Below, one piece after another: positions 26,857 through 32,000 of a stretch of DNA of 32,000 nucleotides. The notes beneath the pieces were generated by a model. That model was given only the letters and a program-made list of their open reading frames with translations. It did not search any database and was not told where the DNA came from. Positions within the stretch are counted from its first letter, which is position 1. Each line of letters starts with the position of its first letter. The stretch is from NCBI GenBank assembly GCA_964551375.1, contig CAZKBG010000001.1, positions 270,001 to 302,000 of the forward strand, in the 5' to 3' direction. The stretch is from an uncultured archaeon (GTDB lineage: Archaea > Iainarchaeota > Iainarchaeia > Iainarchaeales > JAAZKV01). The position numbers were made by a program, and so were the translations under genes.

Positions 26857-27720
26857 TTAATTAAGCAGACGAATATCAAAAACAACCTGCTCTTTTGTAG
26901 GGGAAAACTGCCTCACCCTCGCCATTCTTTCAATTACAACTTTTCGCTTTGATTTTTTAGCAGCCTCAAGAATCTGGCTCTTTGGAGTGTCAAAATCATT
27001 TTTTACAACAATTTCATAAAAGTGAATCAATCCTTTTGGTTTAGTGCAAAAAAATGCTTCCTTTAGAAATTGATATCCTGTGTGAGGAAGAGGCATTGCA
27101 ACCCTGTCAAACAAACCCCTGAATTTTTTATAAACTTTTTTCACATCCCCCTTAACAAATTCAATATTTTTTACTTTATTAAGTTCCGCGTTTTTAAGGG
27201 CAAATTTATGCCCCGCAGGATTTAATTCAATCGCAACCGCGCGCTTCATCCTTGCCCCTGAATTTTTGGCAAGCACTATTGGATAAGGCCCCACTCCTGA
27301 AAAAAAACAACCCACTACTTCGTTATCCTTTATTTCATGCGCAATTCTAAGCCGCTCCCCGCTAAGCCGGGGGGAGAAAAATACTTTCCCAAGCGGAATT
27401 AAAAAAGTGCATGCTGATTCGCGGTAAGTTGCAATTGTCTGCTTCTTTCCCGCAATTACCTTAACTTTTTGAACCCTAAACTCGCCCTCATGATTGCTTT
27501 CAATAGAGCATATTGTTTCAAACCGAGGATTAAGCGAAAGAAGAGTTTCCCCAATCAGTTTTTTTCTCTTTGAAAGCTCTTTAGGAATTTCAATAACGGC
27601 AATATTTCCAAATGAATCATACGATTTTGGGGCAAAAGGCTTTTCTTTTTCTGAAAGCTTTTCAACAAGAGCATCCTTCAAATTTAAAGGAGCCTTTTTT
27701 GATTCAACAACGGCGTTCAT
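26857..27720 (-). CDS. Trm5/TYW2-family tRNA methyltransferase-like protein
   Basis: FGNIAVIEIP, RLSGERLRIAHEI, CFFSGVGPYPIVLAK, AIELNPAGHKFALKNAELN and FDRVAMPLPHTGYQFL. ATG 27720 lies about 28 nt from a minus-strand TATA. Confidence 0.88.
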   Translation of the reverse strand: MNAVVESKKAPLNLKDALVEKLSEKEKPFAPKSYDSFGNIAVIEIPKELSKRKKLIGETLLSLNPRFETICSIESNHEGEFRVQKVKVIAGKKQTIATYRESACTFLIPLGKVFFSPRLSGERLRIAHEIKDNEVVGCFFSGVGPYPIVLAKNSGARMKRAVAIELNPAGHKFALKNAELNKVKNIEFVKGDVKKVYKKFRGLFDRVAMPLPHTGYQFLKEAFFCTKPKGLIHFYEIVVKNDFDTPKSQILEAAKKSKRKVVIERMARVRQFSPTKEQVVFDIRLLN

Positions 27721-27775
27721 TTGATTAACTCTGCCCATGATAAGATTAAATAGGATTCTGAATTTAAAATTAAGC

Positions 27776-28651
27776 ATGGCGAGCGACTGGATATATGATT
27801 ACTTTGTAAAGCCAATAATAAGCCCTGAAACACAGGGGTACAACTTAATCAATACCGCAACTTATATCATCGTGCTTGTTATTGCCTGCTTTGCCATTTA
27901 TGTTCTTTTAAGAAAGAAAATTAAATTTGACAATAAATTTTTCACAGCGCTTCTTCCATACATTATTTTTGGAATATCCATGCGCGTTGTGATGCATCAA
28001 ATTGAAGCAGGAATTCTTGTAATTAACGGAATAGCAAAAACCGCAAACCCTCTGGAGCTTGGATTTTGGTTTTTTACGCCAGGAGTGTGGCTTTTGACTT
28101 TTTTACTTGTGGTAATCGGGCTCATAATAGCAACCGCTCACACAAAACTTAATACAAAGAGATTCTTTTGGTTTGGATTAATTGTCTGCGCTCCAGTGCT
28201 TTTGTTTAACATGAGCAGATTCAACAACTGGATTCCATTTTTAGTAACAGTTGCAATTATTGCCGCAGTTTCATACGGAGTTTACAGGGCAGTTGAGAGA
28301 TTCACAAAATATAAAATAGCAAAAGACCCGCTTAATTTATTTATAATAGCAGGACAGGCAATTGATGGAATTGCATCCACAATAGCAATCACATTTTTCA
28401 ATTTTTCAGAACAACATGTTGTTTCAAACGCAATTATTAACATCCACCCAATATTTTTTGTAATTGCAAAACTTGCAATTGCGGTTTTAATCTGCTGGAC
28501 GCTTGATGATTACCTTCGCGAAGTTGAACAAAGCAAAAACAGCGCAAAACTTGAAAAGAGAAAAAACAGAATTGGATTTATTAAACTCGTAATCGCAATA
28601 CTTGGATTTGCCACTGGACTTGCGAGCCTTTTCAAGCTTGGACTTATATAA
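27776..28651 (+). CDS. DUF63 family membrane protein
   Basis: Multiple TM helices; FFTALLPYIIFGISMRVVMH, GQAIDGIASTIAI and FIIAKLAIAVLICWTLDD pattern. Confidence 0.85.
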   Translation: MASDWIYDYFVKPIISPETQGYNLINTATYIIVLVIACFAIYVLLRKKIKFDNKFFTALLPYIIFGISMRVVMHQIEAGILVINGIAKTANPLELGFWFFTPGVWLLTFLLVVIGLIIATAHTKLNTKRFFWFGLIVCAPVLLFNMSRFNNWIPFLVTVAIIAAVSYGVYRAVERFTKYKIAKDPLNLFIIAGQAIDGIASTIAITFFNFSEQHVVSNAIINIHPIFFVIAKLAIAVLICWTLDDYLREVEQSKNSAKLEKRKNRIGFIKLVIAILGFATGLASLFKLGLI

Positions 28652-28715
28652 AAATAAGAATCAGCGCTAATGAATAGAAAAATAAAGAATTTAATTAAAA
28701 TTTAATTAGGCAAAA

Positions 28716-29249
28716 CTATTTTTTTGCCCTTAACGCTTCTTTTCCCCTTGAAAGAGAAACTATTTCAGCCCTTGAAAGCTTATCCATAACCGCGCGAACA
28801 GAGTTTAACCCAGGACTGTGTTTTACTTTATGAACAGTTCCGTTGGATTTTTTCACAAACGAGCCATGCGCAAGCCCTGATTTTTCAACTTTTCTATAAA
28901 TCTCATGCGAAAAGTCAGCAAATTTTGCCGAAGGATTTTTTGCAATAGTGCTGAGTATTTCCTGCGCAATAAAAAACTCTAATTTATTTAACGCCCCCCT
29001 TCTATTCATCGCCACAATCCGCGCATTTGCCCCTTTGATTCTTTTCCAAAAAACAATATTCGCCCCGCCCATTGAAGCGCTCGCTGCGCGGGATTTTGCA
29101 TGCGTCCTGTACTTAGCCTTTGAGCCAATCAAGTCCCTAAGAGAACCAGCTCCGCCAAAAAGAGAGGATTTTCTCTTATTCCTAATGCCATTATCTCTGC
29201 CGCCCATAACTCTTCCAGGAGTCCAGCCCATTGCATGCTTTCCAGTCAT
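28716..29249 (-). CDS. Highly basic hypothetical protein
   Basis: 178-aa ORF rich in Lys/Arg/Gly/Ser (GWTPGRVMGGRDNGIRNKRKSSLFGGAGSLRDLIGSKAKYRTHAKSRAASASMGG). Confidence 0.6.
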   Translation of the reverse strand: MTGKHAMGWTPGRVMGGRDNGIRNKRKSSLFGGAGSLRDLIGSKAKYRTHAKSRAASASMGGANIVFWKRIKGANARIVAMNRRGALNKLEFFIAQEILSTIAKNPSAKFADFSHEIYRKVEKSGLAHGSFVKKSNGTVHKVKHSPGLNSVRAVMDKLSRAEIVSLSRGKEALRAKK

Positions 29250-29322
29250 AGTAATAGTCCCTTGAATAAGGGTTATTTCTTTAAATATTAAAGCCTTTCC
29301 AAACAATAAATACCTGATATTA

Positions 29323-30081
29323 ATGCTTTATTTGATAGGAATTGGTCTTAGGCCAGAACATATGACAATACAGGCGCTTGATTGCATAAAACAGTGCGAT
29401 TCGGTGTTTCTTGAAGAATACACTTCAGAATACAGCGAAGGATACTCAAAAGAACTTGCGGCAATAATAAAACGAGATGTTATCGGCTTAGGGAGAAAAG
29501 AAGTCGAAGAAAGATTTGAATCAGCGCTAATGTCGGCAAACAAAAATAATATAGCACTACTTGTTTTTGGAAATCCTCTTACTGCCACAACTCACATCCA
29601 GATACTTCTTGACGCAAAAGAGCATGGAATTAAGTACAAAGTAATTCCTGGAATTTCAATTACCAACATGATTGCTGAAACAGGGCTTGATGAATATAAG
29701 TTCGGAAGAATTGTGACTGTGTGCTATCACTCTCACGGATATGAGCCTGAAACATTCTACCACCAGATTAAGGAAAACCAGAAAATAGGGCTCCACACGC
29801 TTTGCCTTCTTGATATTAAGAAAGATGAAAAGCCAAAAAGACTAATGAACTCTGTTGAAGCAATTGATTTGCTAAAATATATTGCTGAAAAAAACGGGGA
29901 AAAACATGAATTCACTTATGTTGCAATGATTGGAATGGCAAGCGAGAGGCAGAAAATCATTTACGGCGAAGAAAAAATCAGAAATTCAAAAGAACTTCAA
30001 AGCGTTTTTCCGCAGAGCATAATTGTGCTTGGGAAAACAAATGAAAAAGAAATTGAGGCGCTAACAAATCTGCACAAGTAA
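29323..30081 (+). CDS. dph5: Diphthine synthase
   Basis: MLYLIGIGLRPEHMTIQAL, FLEEYTS, VFGNPLTATTHIQIL, VIPGISITNMIAETGLDEYKFGRIVT and HTLCLLDIK. Confidence 0.97.
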   Translation: MLYLIGIGLRPEHMTIQALDCIKQCDSVFLEEYTSEYSEGYSKELAAIIKRDVIGLGRKEVEERFESALMSANKNNIALLVFGNPLTATTHIQILLDAKEHGIKYKVIPGISITNMIAETGLDEYKFGRIVTVCYHSHGYEPETFYHQIKENQKIGLHTLCLLDIKKDEKPKRLMNSVEAIDLLKYIAEKNGEKHEFTYVAMIGMASERQKIIYGEEKIRNSKELQSVFPQSIIVLGKTNEKEIEALTNLHK

Positions 30082-30117
30082 GCGCTTACGCTTGCAAAAT
30101 TAAAGGAAGTTGATTTT

Positions 30118-30411
30118 ATGACAATCACTGAAAAGGAAATTATTGAAAAAGTTGAAAAATATGAAAAACTCACTACGAGAGGGTTAAAAGAAATCAAATT
30201 CAAAAAAAATTTAAGCGAAATCGAAAAAGCAACTGCTGAAGATTTTCTTTCAATGGCAAAAAACTATTATAATGACGCAAAATATTTCAAAAAAGAAGGA
30301 AAACTGCTCACTTCGCTTGCCGCTTTCTCATACGCCCACGCATGGCTTGATGCGGGAGTGAGAGCAAAAGTATTTATTGCAACTGACGACCAGCTATTTA
30401 CTCTTCCTTAG
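30118..30411 (+). CDS. DUF357 family protein
   Basis: YYNDAKYFKKEGKLLTSLAAFSYAHAWLDAGVRAKVF. Confidence 0.88.
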   Translation: MTITEKEIIEKVEKYEKLTTRGLKEIKFKKNLSEIEKATAEDFLSMAKNYYNDAKYFKKEGKLLTSLAAFSYAHAWLDAGVRAKVFIATDDQLFTLP

Positions 30412-30482
30412 ATTATGGCTCTAATTAACTAATTGGCTTCTGATAAAGCAAGCTTTAAATAGAGCTACTTCATAATCTTAGC

Positions 30483-30995
30483 ATGTCGCTTTACGGACCA
30501 AAAATCAGAATGCCAAAAGTTGATATGCCTAACCCCGGCAATCCTTCATGGAATCTTGAAAAGGAGAAAAAAATCGCAATTTTTATTGCCGCGGCAATAA
30601 TAATTGTAATAATTGCAGTATTTGCAGTTCCTTACCTTCTTAACGGCGCTTCAGGAATTATTGGAAACATTGGGGAAGCAAACGGAGTAAGTTTGAGCTG
30701 GAATAATAACCCCCTTGATTTAAAGAAAAACCCAACTGAATATGCGACTCTTACTATTGAGTTTACTAATACTGGAAAATTTGAAAAAACAATTAATTTT
30801 GAAATAATGAACCCTTACCCTGAGCTTTTGGATGTATGCAGCGCGGATAAACTTGAAACAATGCTCCCCGGAGATAAAAGAACTGTAAACTGCTTATTTA
30901 GAAGAAACGGCGAAATCTTCACTGGAACTTATTCAATTGAAGTTGCTTCAAATGTTGGAAATGCAAAGACAAAGCTTGAAATAATTGCGAAGTAA
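30483..30995 (+). CDS. Membrane-anchored protein with beta-sandwich-like ectodomain
   Basis: TM helix IAIFIAAAIIIVIIAVFAVPYLL; ectodomain ATLTIEFTNTGKFEKTINFEI...RTVNCLF...GTYSIEVAS. TATA GCTTTAAATAG about 28 nt upstream. Confidence 0.72.
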   Translation: MSLYGPKIRMPKVDMPNPGNPSWNLEKEKKIAIFIAAAIIIVIIAVFAVPYLLNGASGIIGNIGEANGVSLSWNNNPLDLKKNPTEYATLTIEFTNTGKFEKTINFEIMNPYPELLDVCSADKLETMLPGDKRTVNCLFRRNGEIFTGTYSIEVASNVGNAKTKLEIIAK

Positions 30996-31084
30996 AAAAA
31001 TTAATCCATCCAATCAAAGCCGCTGCTACTCAAATTTTCACTAAATCGGAATATATTTAACCACAAGCGCGCTTTTGTTTTGAA

Positions 31085-31525
31085 ATGGTTAGCGCAACTG
31101 ATTATGACAGATACCTTGCAAATAAAGCAGCGGCGCTTATTAGGGAAAACTTCGCAGACAAAGGAGTGACAAATCTTTTAGTAGTAAAGTGGGGCGGAAA
31201 ATGGAGAAATAAACTCGGACATATCACCCCCTTAAAAAACAGCGAGTATGGCTCAATGATTGAAATTAACTCCTTAATGAAGTCACTTGATGTGCCTGAA
31301 TTTGTGCTTGAATATGTTTTGATGCATGAACTAACGCACTACTTTCAGGGATTTGGAAGCAACCATCAAAGAAAACACAAACACCCTCACAGAGGAGGGA
31401 TTGTGGAAAAAGAGCTTGCAAGGCACGGATGGGAAGAAATTACTGAAAAATCTGAAAAGTGGATTAAAGAAAACTGGCGAAATGTCCTTGTAAAAGAAGG
31501 CGCGATAAAAGAAAGAGCTCGCTAA
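31085..31525 (+). CDS. Zincin metallopeptidase-like protein (SprT/M48-like)
   Basis: WRNKLGHITPL...VLEYVLMHELTHYFQGFGSNH...HGWEEI; HExxH motif with downstream His. Confidence 0.82.
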   Translation: MVSATDYDRYLANKAAALIRENFADKGVTNLLVVKWGGKWRNKLGHITPLKNSEYGSMIEINSLMKSLDVPEFVLEYVLMHELTHYFQGFGSNHQRKHKHPHRGGIVEKELARHGWEEITEKSEKWIKENWRNVLVKEGAIKERAR

Positions 31526-31568
31526 ATGCAAAACTTCCTGCGCTTACAATTAACTGATTTAAAAAGAT

Positions 31569-32000
31569 TTAATGAACGGGCCTATATGTCTCTCCGCGCT
31601 TATATTTTTTCTCTTCATCAGCCTTTTCGCGAAGATAAGACAAGTACTCATGCTTATAATTTTGAACATGAAATAGCTTTCCAGTATCAAGGAATTTTGA
31701 AATATTCTCAAGGAAAACATTTGAGCCCATAACAGAAGGCATTGCAACAAAATCAACTCCTTCTTCATAAAAGTGCAAAGTGTCCGAGAAATAGTGCGCA
31801 AGCGCAAAGGTTGTCAAATTAGGAGCGTATGCTTTTGCATCATCAAGCATTTTCATAGAATTCTTCTTATCCATTATTGTGGAAACCAAAAGCTTTGCCT
31901 GCCTCAAGTCAAGCCTGTCCCAGATTGAATTTGATTCAGAAGTACCGTAAAAATAAGGCAACCCGTCAGCCACGCCCTGCTTTACAACTTCAGGGTCGTA
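31569..32000 (-). CDS. TrkA-N/Kef-type NAD-binding regulatory protein, C-terminal part (truncated by window edge)
   Basis: The frame stays open to the edge, reading YDPEVVKQGVADGLPYFYGTSESNSIWDRLDLRQAKLLVST...FYEEGVDFVAMPSVMGSNVF, the Rossmann TrkA-N pattern. GTG at 31973 is probably not the start. Confidence 0.75.
   Translation of the reverse strand, partial: YDPEVVKQGVADGLPYFYGTSESNSIWDRLDLRQAKLLVSTIMDKKNSMKMLDDAKAYAPNLTTFALAHYFSDTLHFYEEGVDFVAMPSVMGSNVFLENISKFLDTGKLFHVQNYKHEYLSYLREKADEEKKYKRGETYRPVH

Noticed and set aside
28652-28715. Repeated AATTTAATTA unit between the convergent DUF63 and basic-orphan genes.
   Set aside because: Short AT-only duplication in a low-complexity convergent gap; more likely terminator-like AT-rich sequence than a specific element.
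1-32000. Search for CRISPR arrays, transposases, integrases and tRNA or rRNA genes.
   Set aside because: No regularly spaced direct repeats, no recognisable recombinase motifs and no evident tRNA-like cloverleaf in the intergenic gaps I read. A tRNAscan-SE and Infernal run would be needed to exclude split or atypical RNAs.

Overview
The window is a gene-dense, AT-rich archaeal segment. TFB, archaeal-type RNase HII, diphthine synthase, Trm5-like, DUF63 and DUF357 proteins, together with TTTAAATA-type promoters, support this; a small-genome DPANN-like lineage is my inference. About 32 coding regions can be supported. The informational, repair and chromosome genes are TFB (5' truncated), RNase HII, ScpA, ScpB, LeuRS, endonuclease III, a Y-family polymerase, Trm5-like and Dph5. 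The metabolic and redox genes are a TrxB-like flavoprotein, a glutaredoxin-like protein, adenylate kinase and a threonine-synthase-like PLP enzyme. There are also an ABC exporter, a KaiC-family ATPase, an MBL-fold hydrolase, a Mth938-like protein, a large beta-helix surface protein, and several orphan membrane or charged proteins. I found no CRISPR array, transposon, rRNA, tRNA or recognisable defence island. The best leads are: (1) a structured divergent intergenic region at 16855-16950 with mutually exclusive hairpins, possibly the leader of the ABC exporter; (2) a LeuRS whose motifs are of the bacterial type; (3) a zinc-ribbon protein fused to a histone-H1-like Lys/Ala/Pro tail; (4) a TrxB-like protein with degenerate NADPH-binding motifs; (5) a surface protein with duplicated beta-helix and Ig-like domains; (6) a membrane-integrated HTH regulator next to a Yip1-like protein. 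Nothing here is convincing as a wholly new multi-gene system.
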